A DNA stretch of 64,000 nt from Rhizophagus irregularis (Eukaryota). The notes beneath the pieces are model-generated. The model worked only from the letters and a program-made list of their open reading frames with translations, was not told the DNA's origin and searched no databases. The position numbers and the translations under genes were made by a program. Below are positions 1 through 11,423 of the stretch, piece by piece; the stretch's first letter is position 1, and every line of letters starts with the position of its first letter. Location: NCBI RefSeq assembly GCF_026210795.1, contig NC_089436.1:1550001-1614000 (forward strand). Reading direction: 5' to 3'.

Positions 1-720
1 TTACACCTCCATTAGATATACGCAAGGTTTTTATTTCAGCAGGACGGATGCAGAGCATTATCGTTACATCGGCAAGGGCTTGTAAGCCAGGGGCTCTGGA
101 TACATCATATATATCCAATCTCTCCTTAACTGATTCTAACGAGAAGTGGTCCGGAAAATCGATCCCTTCATCTTCACATTGTTTACTACGCTCCTTTTGG
201 ATTTTATTAGCTGAGCGGGTTATGTCTGGAATCAATGTAGCTGAGATAATTTTTTCTGAGGCTTTGAGGTTTCGCAACTCTCTTCGAAGCCTAGAGATTC
301 GTGATAAGCCAGCGCTAGCATTAGAAGCAGATTCAGCTAAGGCTTTTGCTATACTTTAACTTCTACTTCACTAAGATTATCCCGAATGATACGCTGGGCC
401 AAATCTCTAATAGTCTCTTTCGGTGAAATTTGACATGTATTCACTGTGTCCGGTTCTACTTCTTGGGTGATATCGGGAGTATCAGGAGCATTGGGTAAGG
501 CTCCTCCTTTTTTCCGACCAGCTGTTAGCTTAGGAATTAATGTAAATACCTGTTCTTCGCTAAAGTTGTATCCTTTTTTGAGACGTCGTCGTGCCTGATC
601 CCTCTTAACTTTGTCCGTTAAAAGAATATCCAACGCCGGTGCGTGCTTACTTAGCTCTTCGATACTCATCTCGGTATTGAGCTCGTTTTCTGTTATATAT
701 CTAGTAGCGATGCCAGCCAT
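1..720 (-). CDS. Putative tyrosine-recombinase/protelomerase-like protein with one frameshift near 354; runs off the window start
   Basis: ATG at 720 (MAGIATRY...). The frame stops at 349, but the -1 frame reads on open to base 1: IAKALAESASNASAGLSRISRLRRELR...QALADVTIMLCIRPAEIKTLRISNGGV. The hydrophobic helix followed by R-x-x-E resembles box I of tyrosine recombinases and telomere resolvases. Confidence 0.5.
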
Positions 721-1134
721 GTTATTATTTGGTAATATGTAAGATATTTGGTTATACCTAGGTTGTTTGGTATATACTATGCGGAGAAAGTTCAATTCGA
801 AAAAAAATAAATAATTCTCCCTATCTAAGGACTGCGGGAGAGGGTCGGAGGGGTTTCGGATGAACAAAAAAAGAATATTATAACTTCTGCGGGCTCTCTA
901 TGAGGCCACGAACTCCAGCCGGAATAGCTTTTATATATATTTGAAAATTGCGGGTAGATAGGATATGCGAAAAAATAATAATAATTTGGGATTTTATATC
1001 GCCTAATTGTAAAGAACGAAAGTCCCATCCCTACTAATATTTCATAACCCACTCTTATTCGCTCTTTACCAAAGCATACCATTCTCTGCGCTTGCGCTGA
1101 ATATGCTTATATTTTTTGCCACTATTGGTCAAAC

Positions 1135-4100
1135 CTACCATAAGTAACCGTTCTCTTGGAGTATGCTAATACCTTTTTGCCACTCCTCATCATCATAAAC
1201 ATATGTCCGGGGCTTTCCCACATTCTCGAAGTTGCGGAGATATATTTCTTCACTTATTAATCTTTCCCTTCTAGACATCCAAAATATATCGTTTACGTCC
1301 ATACCGTCTGCTTTCGCAAAATCGACGGCATCTGCGTCCGACATCATCCTGTCTCGATATTCATGGAATAGTCTGATATCTTTTTCTGTGATGGTCACGA
1401 ATACGTCTGGGTCTTCACCATGATCGATAGCCCATTTCCTGAGGCGCTCTTCTCGCTCTTGTCTAGCCGGGGATGTGGAAGAAGCTTTTTTATTGCTAGG
1501 TTCGGGTTTATCTATTAGTGACTCAGGTGATTCGGAAGTCTTAGTACTCTCGGATGTCCCAGATGTTGAGGCGATTGGGGGTTCAGCTTTCTTATCTCTT
1601 GGAAGGAGATTCTCTTCTGGCTGGGGCGGGATTATTTTTGGAGGAATTATTTCTGGCATATTGAATATGGGTATGTCTGTGGCCTCGTTTGTGGGTAAGT
1701 CAGGTTGAGGTATGTCAGAAAATTCTTCGATATCACCTAAGCCAGATTCACGGAGCTTAGCTATGATCTTGGAGCGGTCAAGAATGTATTGCCATTCTCT
1801 TTTCCCACCACCTGTTTGCACTTGTTTGCTTTCAATACCAATTTCAGAAAACTTTTTTCCAGCAACTTTACTAGTCAATAGTTTTTCACCATTCTCTCCA
1901 CACCATTCAAGATACTTTTGATATAATGATGTACGACTTTGCGTGGATGTTCCACCCTCAGCCCTAGATGTAATATAGTCAATTATAAATCGAATGGGAC
2001 TAGGAAGCTGATCACGCATTGTATCTACTTTCATTTTTGTAGAAGGAATTTTTCCTGGTTTGAATTTCGATAAATCACGGCTAAGAAGGTATGACATGAC
2101 TACTCCTGGCGCATCAGGGTGGTCTAAAATTTCCCCCAGCTGATCAAAATATGGTATATTACCTCTACAGCGTGCCGAGACATCAAAACAAACTATACGA
2201 GAATCTCCTATATCTATTTTGAGCGGAGCATCCTGATTGCTTGTAACCATATACCCAGCAAAATCATTTAATCGCTTAAGTTCAAGACCCTTTCGCTCTA
2301 TAGATACTTTTCCTTCTGTTATGAGAGATTTAAGATGTCCATTAAATCTATGCCAATCACCATTAGACATACCTGTTTCATTCATGACAATAAGCTTTCG
2401 AGCTTGAATGGCGCTATTAAAACGCCCAAGAATTTTTTCTAAATCCGATGTTGCATAATGAAGATGTTGCCCCAAGACTTTGTCCCCAATAAAGTCAGTA
2501 ATAATATTTTTTCCGCACTGTTGTAGTGTGGATTTTAGTACTAAGATGGTTCGAGGCTTCTTCTGTGGCTTCTGTACTAAATATGCCCACCAGTTCCAGA
2601 TATACTCATTGAGTTCTTCGTTTCCATCACAAATTATGTTTAATACATGCCAGAGAATCGGATTCATAATTTCTTTATTAATTTCTGGCGCTGGTTTAGC
2701 CAAAAATCCTAAGAAAAGGTTAAAGAAATCCGTAACTGGCTGAGAAACATTTATGGGGTATGGAAGGAAATTATAATCTTCATAAACTATTAGACCTTTA
2801 ATAACTGCCTGGTCTATCAATGATTTTAACTTCACTGCTTCACCCCCATATTCGATTATTTTAATCTCAAACTTGGCAAGCTTTAGCTCGGCTCCCATAT
2901 CGAAGTAAAGCCCATTTTCTGGATCCTTATGTTTTAATATCCAGATCGGTATTTTCTTTTGAATATAGGCAATGGTTGATTGGATTGCTTCATAAACTTC
3001 AGCGCGGGAGAATTTCTTACCTGAAGTACACATATGTATTAAATCCCACCATACGAAATGGTCTTTTGGGTTTGAAATTCTAGATTGCTCTAATCTTACT
3101 GGAACTGGGAGTTTCTTTTCTCGCTCCAAAACCGTTTCGCTAATGGTAAGCTTTACTGAGGGATTCCTAGTTCCAGGTTCTCTTTCATGGTTTCCACGAT
3201 GGCAATAAAATCTATATGTTTTTTTATTTCGTAGGATATATGCATTATCACTTTCATGTTCCCGATTACATATTGGGCAGTGTGATGGAGAGTTGCGTAC
3301 TAATGGAAATAAGTCAGGGATGTTATCTGAAGGAAATGAGAGAGTGTAACCTTCAATAGAATTATCTCTAAGTAATGTTTCTATGAAATCGAATTCAGCC
3401 TGGTCATTTTCGATATCAGCATTAGTAATTTCATTTCCTTTGGTCGGGTATCTCTTAACTTCTGGCTCCGAAATAGTCAAAAGAGGACTATCAATGATTC
3501 TAGAATCATCGTTAGGCGGACGAATCATGAAGTCAAAGATAGTTCCATCTTTTGGGTATATAGCCTTTTTTATACGAACATGCTCCTCTTTTTTTTTATC
3601 GTATTTGGGCGTTCCAAGCATCCGCAAGGAGAAAGATTTGAAAGAACCTATATTTGCTATATTATCAATTATCCCTTTTTTCTGTAATCCCACTGGAAGT
3701 TTTTTACGAACAAGTTCGGTGAAAACTGAAACCTGAGCAATATTTTTAAGCCTCATGCCGAAAGTCAAGATATGGTATGACATTTTTTGGGTATCACTAC
3801 TACTAGCAATAGTTCTAGTTTTATTCTCCCATTCCGGAAATATCTCATGACACGTCTTTGTAAAAGCAAGAATAAGTGATTCTAATATCTCTTTGCCCGA
3901 GAGTTTAGGGTCAAGACTGTCATATACTTCTCGTCGCAAATCAAAGTCGATAATAGGCCGGAGTGGCTCATCTCCATCAATAATTTCGTGCAATGAATGG
4001 CCTTCACGTTCTAAGAGTATGGCTTCTATTCCATCCTCATTGTCTGCCCCTAGAAAATGCCTTGGTCTAACATTATTATCACGAATTTTATATTGGCATT

Positions 4101-4172
4101 GTCCTATATCGGAGGCTTTAAACCCACAATAGTACGGGGCGGGGCGTCTTCGAAGAAGTCGGATTGGGTCAT
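1135..4172 (-). CDS. AEP primase-polymerase + Zn ribbon + SF3 (D5-like) helicase + C-terminal winged helix
   Basis: Intronless ORF of about 1010 aa. AEP motifs RPIIDFD, SYH, IID...SLRMLG; Zn ribbon HCPICNREH...YCH; Walker A STLQQCGKN, Walker B LIVMNE, motif C VTSN, DSR; C-terminal LYQKYLEWCGENG. The likely ATG at 4172 is one base out of frame (see findings). Confidence 0.9.
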
Positions 4173-4292
4173 TTTTTTTTCTCAAGCAAGTTAAGATAAT
4201 TTATAGCTATACCAAAACTCAGGGTATATTATTCGCAAGAAAAAAGTTCAAAATGAAAATAATTCCCCAAGATTATTAATTGATATATATAA

Positions 4293-4592
4293 ATGGAAGG
4301 CGAAAAAAAGGAGACACGAGTTCTCAAAAAAGAACCACCATCCTGGAATTTTTATTATTGTCCATATATTCTTAGAACTGGAGAAGTATGTAATCGGAGA
4401 TGCTTTGATCCAAAGGGATGTAAAGTCCATCGGAATTCTAGGCAAGTTCTTTGCAAAGAATGTAGTGACCCGACAAGATCCAAATATGACTATTGCGATA
4501 CGCATGCAAAAAAACATAGATCGAAGGAACATTACCATCGGAAAAAGCTGGCTAAGCAAGCTGATGGTCCCAAAGAGATTCCGCTCAAGTAA
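4293..4592 (+). CDS. Small Cys/His-rich zinc-finger-like protein, divergent from the primase-helicase
   Basis: 99-aa ORF with ATG in A-rich context: CPYILRTGEVCNRRC...GCKVH...CKEC...YCDTH and a basic C-terminus. Confidence 0.6.
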   Translation: MEGEKKETRVLKKEPPSWNFYYCPYILRTGEVCNRRCFDPKGCKVHRNSRQVLCKECSDPTRSKYDYCDTHAKKHRSKEHYHRKKLAKQADGPKEIPLK

Positions 4593-4633
4593 TTTTAGGC
4601 TAATCGAGAGAACTTAAACAAGAATAAGAAGTT

Positions 4634-5150
4634 GTCACTATCCCTATGGCCTTTTGGACGAACCTACAATAAATTGTAGAATTTCTTGGTGACACTCTTG
4701 GTGATGCTCTCGGTGACAAAATTTATAGCTATTTCACATTTTTAGAGCCATCAGAAGGTTTCTAGATAGGTGTCACTATGACACTAAGAGTCACTAAGAA
4801 AAATCCGAGTTCCATAACTTTTTTTCATTTTTTTTTTTAGCATATATGTATCACGCATATGTTATATATGTATCATACTATATCGCATATAAGCCATAGG
4901 AGTAGCATAGAAAAAATTCAATTTTTTTTCCTAGAACTTTACTTTTTCTTAGTGACTCTTAGTGACTTAGTGACAAATATAAAAGAAGAGAACCGAGCGT
5001 CCCCAAACACCGAAAAAGGCATACAAGGGTGTCACTAAGAGCGTCACTAAGAGAGTCACTAACAAATTTTCTTGGTGACGGCATACATACAGGATGGATT
5101 CGATATTTTTTTTTCCTATAACTTTACTTTTACTAGGGACACTAGGGACG
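4634..5150. repeat. Iteron-like array of GTCAC(T/C)AAG units in alternating orientation
   Basis: Triplets at 4685-4717 (reverse), 4771-4800 (forward), 4948-4974 (reverse), 5031-5062 (forward); singles at 4634 and about 5071; degenerate CTAGGGAC pair at 5133-5149. Confidence 0.75.
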
Positions 5151-6199
5151 CTAAAAATCGGCATACACACTGCTTCGACCCAGAATAAACTATGATCGGG
5201 CCTCAGAAGTGCTTACAACATCCCGCCGATATACCTCGAAAACCTCAGAAGCATAATACCTCCGGCCTCACTCTTGGAGACAAATAGGTAGACGAAAGTA
5301 GAATTGAACTTAGCCAGCAATATTGTGTAAGCCATCTAGTGTGATTTGTTGTCCAGTTTCAGGATTTATGATTTGTACTTGTTTAGACATTTTTTTTTTT
5401 GCACAAATGCATATACATTGGGTTCTGGAAACATTCCCAGAACATTCCCGTTACTAGTCCGCAACTATGAAAGGGTGTTCGGTGCCGTAACAGGATCACG
5501 TGACCATGGCGCAGTAGGCGCAGTCAAAATTCGCTCCATAATTTCGGCCAGTACTATTCCACAATTTCGGCCAGATCTTTGAACATAATAACTCGGTACC
5601 CAAGCTGGCCTAAAACTGGCAAAATAATAGAACCTTTCTAGCTCCCTGCCAGTTCCATGACAGCTCCACAGAAGTTCCAGGACACTATCAAGTCACCATC
5701 ATGGTGCCAAGCTGGATCCTCGAATCACATGCCCAAAAGATCGGCCGAAATTATGGTATAGTGCCGGCCGAAATTAATCGCAGATCTACTGCGCCACCCG
5801 ACATGATATTTTTTACCATATTTTGGCATTTTGATGGATAACAAAATAGGTGAAGAAGGAAAGCACCCTCGAATCCTTAACAGGTAACCAAAGAGGTACA
5901 GAATGGCAGAAACTTCATCATAAAACTTGGGATCCAAACAATTGCAAACAAGCCGGACCTTCAACATAAAGTTTAACAACCAATCAACCTGTAATCCCAA
6001 TATCATAAATTATATTGGAAGCTGATTATTCGTGTATAGGATTAAATAAAAATAGGTACATTTCGATTATTTAGTAATAGTAATATTTAGGTTATTTAAT
6101 CACATGATCACAAATAATAAATGAAAAAAGCTAAAGAAAAGCGAATTCAAAGGAAAGGAATATAGTAAGAAAAATAACTAGATACAGAAAATTGTCACA

Positions 6200-6431
6200 A
6201 ACAGGTTATTTAGTTAGATTATTTAATCATATTTAGGTTATTAACTTTAGATTATTTAGATATATTTAATTTATTTAGATATATTTAGATTAATTAGTTA
6301 TATTTAGATTATTTAGTTATATTTAGATTATTTATAGTCATACTTAGATTATTTTATTACTAAATAATCTAGTCTAAGCCGTTTATGACTAAATAATATA
6401 ATTATATTATTTAGTCATAAATGGCTGCATA
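6200..6431. repeat. TTAGATTAT-type microrepeats ending in a 50-bp palindrome; probable terminus of another element abutting the hAT
   Basis: Repeated ttagattattta units. Palindrome at 6377-6426 with 24-bp arms, 1 mismatch and an AT centre. It ends ...GGCTGCATA, directly before the truncated hAT coding sequence. Confidence 0.6.
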
Positions 6432-7789
6432 CGACATCGTCAAGGAGAAGTTTGCGGAACGTTTATTAAAACGTGTTAATATTTTGACAACCTTTTTTAG
6501 AAGTTCTCATCAGGCTAATGCAAAACTTGCTCAAATAATTAAAGAAAAAGGAATTAGTGGAGGAGGATTAAAATTATATTGCAAGACACGCTGGACTACT
6601 GCTAGTGAATCCGTAAATTCAGTAATAAATTTGGAATCAGCACTAGAAGAAATGGCCAGCGATCACGATAAAGTGCTAACAAATGATAAAATAAAACCGA
6701 TTATTCAATCGAGAAATTTTTTTTCAAATTTACGAGTTCTTGGATTTGTTCTGGATCCTCTAAGAAAAGCGGTACTTTCATTAGAATCGAGAAGAGCTAC
6801 ACTTGCAGATTGTTTCCTGAGCTTGGCAAGACTTGCAGCTACATTAAAAAAGTTACCCAAATCATTAAATCCTGCATTTCGAAGTCATTGTATCAAAGTA
6901 ATAAATGAAAGATTTGATGAATTCGATGATGATAAGTATATTACTTGTTTTTTTATGGATCCCAGATTTAGAAACGCGCCACTTAAAAAATGCGCCCTCA
7001 TGAGAATTATCAAATGTGCAGCTTCAATCGGGAAAAATTTAGGTTTCGACCGTTACGAAGCTGAAACTTTATGTGATCAAATACAGAAATATATTAATGA
7101 GCAAGAGCCATTTGACCTAGATATCGGTTTTGCTAAAGATAATCCCATGAATTGGTGGAAATATATTAATACTGAACAGAACAGATGCCCCGCCTAAGAA
7201 TTGCAAGTTATCTATTTGCAATACGTCCTAACTCAGCAACTTGCGAACGTGGATTTTCGACTTTAGGATGGCTATTTCATAAACGTCGCTTAAATCTTAA
7301 TGTGGATAAACTAGAATCCATGTGCAAATTAATTTTGTATTGGAAATCCAATTCAAAAACTGAACTTGGATTTTATGGAATTGATCAAAAAAAGAATACT
7401 CGTCTTATGATGATGAGATCAATATACGTATTGCAGAAGCTTTTGCAGAAGATGACGATGAGGAATATAATGAGGAGCAAGCTTCTACTCAGAGATTAAC
7501 TACAAGCGGCGAAACAATACCTGAAGACAATTGCCGTGTAGTAATCGAAAGTCTATGGATTGATCAATTTGTTAATTTATCGCATGATTCAATTACTAGT
7601 GAAATCGGCGATATTCCAAGAGATATATTGGATGATTCAGATGAAAATAATGCGGAAGATGATGAAGTTGATGATAGTGGTAATAACAAGAGACCTGGAG
7701 AAGGTGACTATGATTATGATATAGATGATGTATTAGGTATGGATGACGGTGATAATAATGACGATAATTATGATGATAATGAGGAATAA
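6432..7789 (+). pseudogene. hAT-family transposase, 5'-truncated, two frameshifts (about 7185 and 7408)
   Basis: KTRWTT motif, FFMDPRF, NPMNWW, PNSATCERGFSTLG...RRLNL dimerisation region, acidic tail ending ...NEE* at 7789. Confidence 0.88.
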
Positions 7790-7964
7790 TAATAATGAGA
7801 AATAATTACAATAGTTAATCCAATGAGAATTAATTCTAATATCATGTGATTTAAATAATGATACTATTTAGGAAATAAATGATGTAATTATGCAGGGCAA
7901 AATATTCGCGATCAAAGTCCAGTTAACATATAATTATGCAGGCAATGCAGGCAATTGTAATTTT

Positions 7965-8120
7965 ATATTATATTTTAAAACATTGCAATTTAATTAAGGA
8001 ATAAGGATAAGCATATTATATTTTAAAAATAGTGCAATTTAATTAAGAAATAAGGATAAGCATATTATATTTTAAAAATAGTGCAATTTAATTAAGGAAT
8101 AAGGATAAGCATATTATATT
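7965..8120. repeat. Tandem repeat, about 49-bp unit x3
   Basis: aataaggataagcatattatattttaaaaatagtgcaatttaattaag repeated. Confidence 0.8.
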
Positions 8121-8458
8121 AGAATCAATAAGTTTTAAGGACTTCGTTAATTAAATTTATTACATTAGATTAATAAATTTTAAGAACTGCGTTACAAAAA
8201 AAAATTTAGAACTGCGTTAATTAAATTTATTACATTAGAATCAAAACTGTGTTTATTTTGTTACAAATACTTTAATTATGTAGAATGTTATTATGTTCAT
8301 CAGTTCATGTTTTAAACATTATAACGAATTTTAAAATTATTATAAATATTATGAAATTTGAATTTTTTTTTTGCAATTCAAAACCAAATTGTATTTTAAT
8401 TTTCAAATTGTATTTAATTTTCAAATTTCAAGTTACGAAAAAATCATAAAAATAAAAA

Positions 8459-9550
8459 ATGGCAGCATTAGTACCTTTTGTCCTACCGCCACCACCAGTA
8501 TTCCAATGGACGATTAACGCAACTAGGCAATTAATCGCGGAGCGGAGAAACTTACATCAGCAATTCGAAAGAATTGCAAACCGTCATCATGTAAATGCAT
8601 GGACAATAATAGCAAATAGGGTGTTCATTGCAACGGGATTTGCAGCGACACCCAGGCAATGCCAAACAAAATGGAATGCCCTCAAACGAGGTTATGAAAA
8701 CCTCAGTAGGATAATAAATAATAATGATGACGACATCTTTACAGAAACTTTAAGTTTTCAAGTGATATTATTTCGATATCATTTCAATATTATTTCAATA
8801 TCGATTTAATATCGATATGATATCGAAATAAAGTATTATCACTTCGATATCATTTCGATATTAAATCGATATTGAAATGATATCAAAATGATAATAGAAA
8901 TGATATCGAAACAACATCTTTAAGTTTAATTTAAAGATATCATTTCGATATCATTTTAATTATCATTTCGATATCATTTCAATATCAATCTAATATCGAA
9001 ATGATATCGAAGTGATAATACTTTATTTCGATATCATATTGATATTAAATCGATATTAAAATGATATCGAAATGATATCGAAATGATGCCGTTAAGATAA
9101 ACTTAACGATATCGATTCTATATTGATTAAAAATGGTAAGTTTCTGTAAAGATTCCTATTATAAGCCCAAATAGTTTCGATAGAGCGTGTTTTGCTGATA
9201 TGAACGATGAATTCTGGTTACAAACCGGTAATTATTATTAATTATTATTTTAAATTAATTTTATTTAGGCAATTCATTCAATTCATTAATATTTTTATTG
9301 GATTTTAGATCTGTTTAGACGAGAGTATCGACGGCAGCATGCTGCGCGTGATCGACGTCGATATGAATATAGATTGCGAAGGGAAAGAAGAAGGTCGCGA
9401 TCTAGGTCTCGATCAAGAAGTAGATCAAGAAGTAGAGATAGAAGACGAGATAGAAGTAGAGATAGAAGACGAGATAGAAGTAGAGATAGAAGACGGGACA
9501 GAAGTAGAGATAGAAGAAGAGGTAGAAGCAGGTCCCCACATAGAAGATAA
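8459..9550 (+). pseudogene. Myb/SANT-like (trihelix) DNA-binding protein with an RS/RD-rich tail, disrupted by a MITE
   Basis: WTINATRQLI...W...QCQTKWNALKRGY. Removing 8737-9153 restores DDIPIISPNSFDRACF...FWLQT. Intron 9228-9308 (GT..AG) leads to exon DLFRREY...RSRSRSRSRDRRRD...SPHRR*. Confidence 0.75.
8737..9151. mobile_element. MITE with TIR CTTTACAGAAACTT, AT flanks and internal GATATC repeats
   Basis: Perfect 14-bp TIRs; excision restores the host reading frame. Confidence 0.85.
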
Positions 9551-10539
9551 AGATATTATTAAATTTTAATTTTTATTATATTTTTAATCGTATATTTTAT
9601 TAGTTTAATATTAAATATTATAAAATAAATATTTACATACAAAAAATCATATTGTCTTTAATCTTTATTCTTATAAATTGTTTAAATGCCGAAACTCTAA
9701 TTAAATCATATAGAAAGTATTGCCGAAACGCCGAAACAGTTTCGGCAAGTTACGGCAGTTTCGCGATTTTGATAGGTTTCGCAGTTTCGGCATTTCTTGA
9801 TGATTTCGCGAAACTAGTTTCGGCAGTTTCGCGTACGCCATTCTGCCGAAACCCTCTAGTTTCGGCAAGCAACCTTAATAAAAGTATAGAATTATTCTCT
9901 TTCTTACAAAATAAATTATTTGTATTCTAACTATTTGATACTAACTATTTGATAAATATAAATAAATACTGCTATTAATGAATATATAAATATTATATTA
10001 TTTTATGATTATTACCTAAAATTTATGGTTATAAGATTTTTGCATGATACTGAATTACTGATTATTTATTTATTATTTACTTACTTACTTCTGATTTTTC
10101 TTACCCATTTTTTTCTTTTCTTTTTCTTTGTAAAATATTTGTTAAATAATAAAAAAATTTATATATAAATGTAAAATTGATAATAAGCATATTACTATAT
10201 TATAAAGATCTTACCTATTATTAAGATAAGGTATTTTATGATCTAAGGTAAAGTTTACATATAAAACTCTTTAAAAATCCTATTATAAAAGAAAATTTTA
10301 TATTACATTGTTATGATTTTTTCCTTTTTAATTAATTAACCAATAAAATTTAAGCAAATCCTAAAGTAGGATTTCATATAAAAGTGAAATTTTTACTGAT
10401 AATATATCTTAATAATAGATGGGATTCTGTATTAGTATACATTATATTTATTTTTTTATTTTATACATCGGGAAATTTTTTAAGATGCAGAACTGCAGAG
10501 ATCTGTAAAATTAGCAGATCTCCGCATTTTTTTTGTGAA

Positions 10540-10880
10540 TTTATGCTGAAGTCTGCGATTTTGCAGATTTCTGCTTTTTATTTATTACAAAATTATGCAA
10601 TAATCTGCAATTTTGCAAGTTTCTGATTTTTTATGTATGCATTTCTGCGGTAATCTGCGATTTTGCAGATTTCTGCTTTTATTTTTTACAAAATTATGCA
10701 ATAATCTGCAATTTTGCAAGTTTCTGATTTTTTATGTATGCATTTCTGCGGTAATCTGCGATTTTGCAGATTTCTGCTTTTATTTTTTACAAAATTATGC
10801 AATAATCTGCAATTTTGCAAGTTTCTGATTTTTTATGTATGTATTTCTGCGGTAATCTGCGATTTTACAGATTTCCGCTT
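10540..10880. repeat. Subterminal tandem repeat, 101-bp unit x about 3
   Basis: Identical units produce the duplicated short ORFs at 10613 and 10714. Confidence 0.85.
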
Positions 10881-11423
10881 TTATAACCACTATATTACTA
10901 ACTGAAGAAAACTCTGTACTAATACTAACTGACGAAAATTATGAGATAAATTGCTATTTTTTACAGTTTGTTTAATTGCTTTAATTTACTAGCAACCCGT
11001 AAAATATCTATGATATCCTACTATTAAAGACTCCCTCTTTTTGTCGATCTGAAAGGCTTTTCATAAAACTAGCGAAAAAAGCTAAAGTGGCGTTTTAAAT
11101 ATACTGTATGGATGATGAAACATCATTTTTCTTTTTTATTTTGAAGATTTAGAACATATATTTATTTAATAGAAAGCAATTTTCTTTGTTAAACCTTAGA
11201 ATTATATGAACCTCCTGATTGATAGATTTAACTGGAATAATGTTATATTCTTCAGTATAGTATAATTGGAAGTAACCATAGACTATAGGCTCTATTGGAT
11301 GAATGTCAAACCAACGAACAAGAGCAAGTTCGTATGGCTCTTTATATGATCCTCGAAAGAATTTTAAAAATAGCAATACCTTGAAAAGAAATAATTTGTA
11401 AAGAACTACAAAGTAAAATCGTA

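Larger units (their letters stand above)
6432..9877 (+). mobile_element. Right-hand part of a hAT transposon; right TIR TTTCGGCAAGCAACCTTA at 9860-9877
   Basis: Transposase remnant, subterminal (G)TTTCG(G/C)C repeats at 9690-9870, and the same TIR as the 8-bp-TSD MITE at 58204-58649. The left end was not found. Confidence 0.75.

Noticed and set aside
1232..4132. Several plus-strand ORFs of 63-117 aa
   Set aside because: Antisense shadows of the primase-helicase with no independent motifs.
5170..6010. GC-richer stretch with AATTTCGGCC repeats and a possible retroelement fragment
   Set aside because: No recognisable domain, TIR pair or TSD could be established.
9339..9569. 76-aa acidic ORF with EIEDEIEV repeats
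   Set aside because: Wrong-frame reading of the spliced RS-rich exon.
10384..10905. Overlapping Cys/Phe-rich ORFs
   Set aside because: Artefacts of the 101-bp subterminal tandem repeat.
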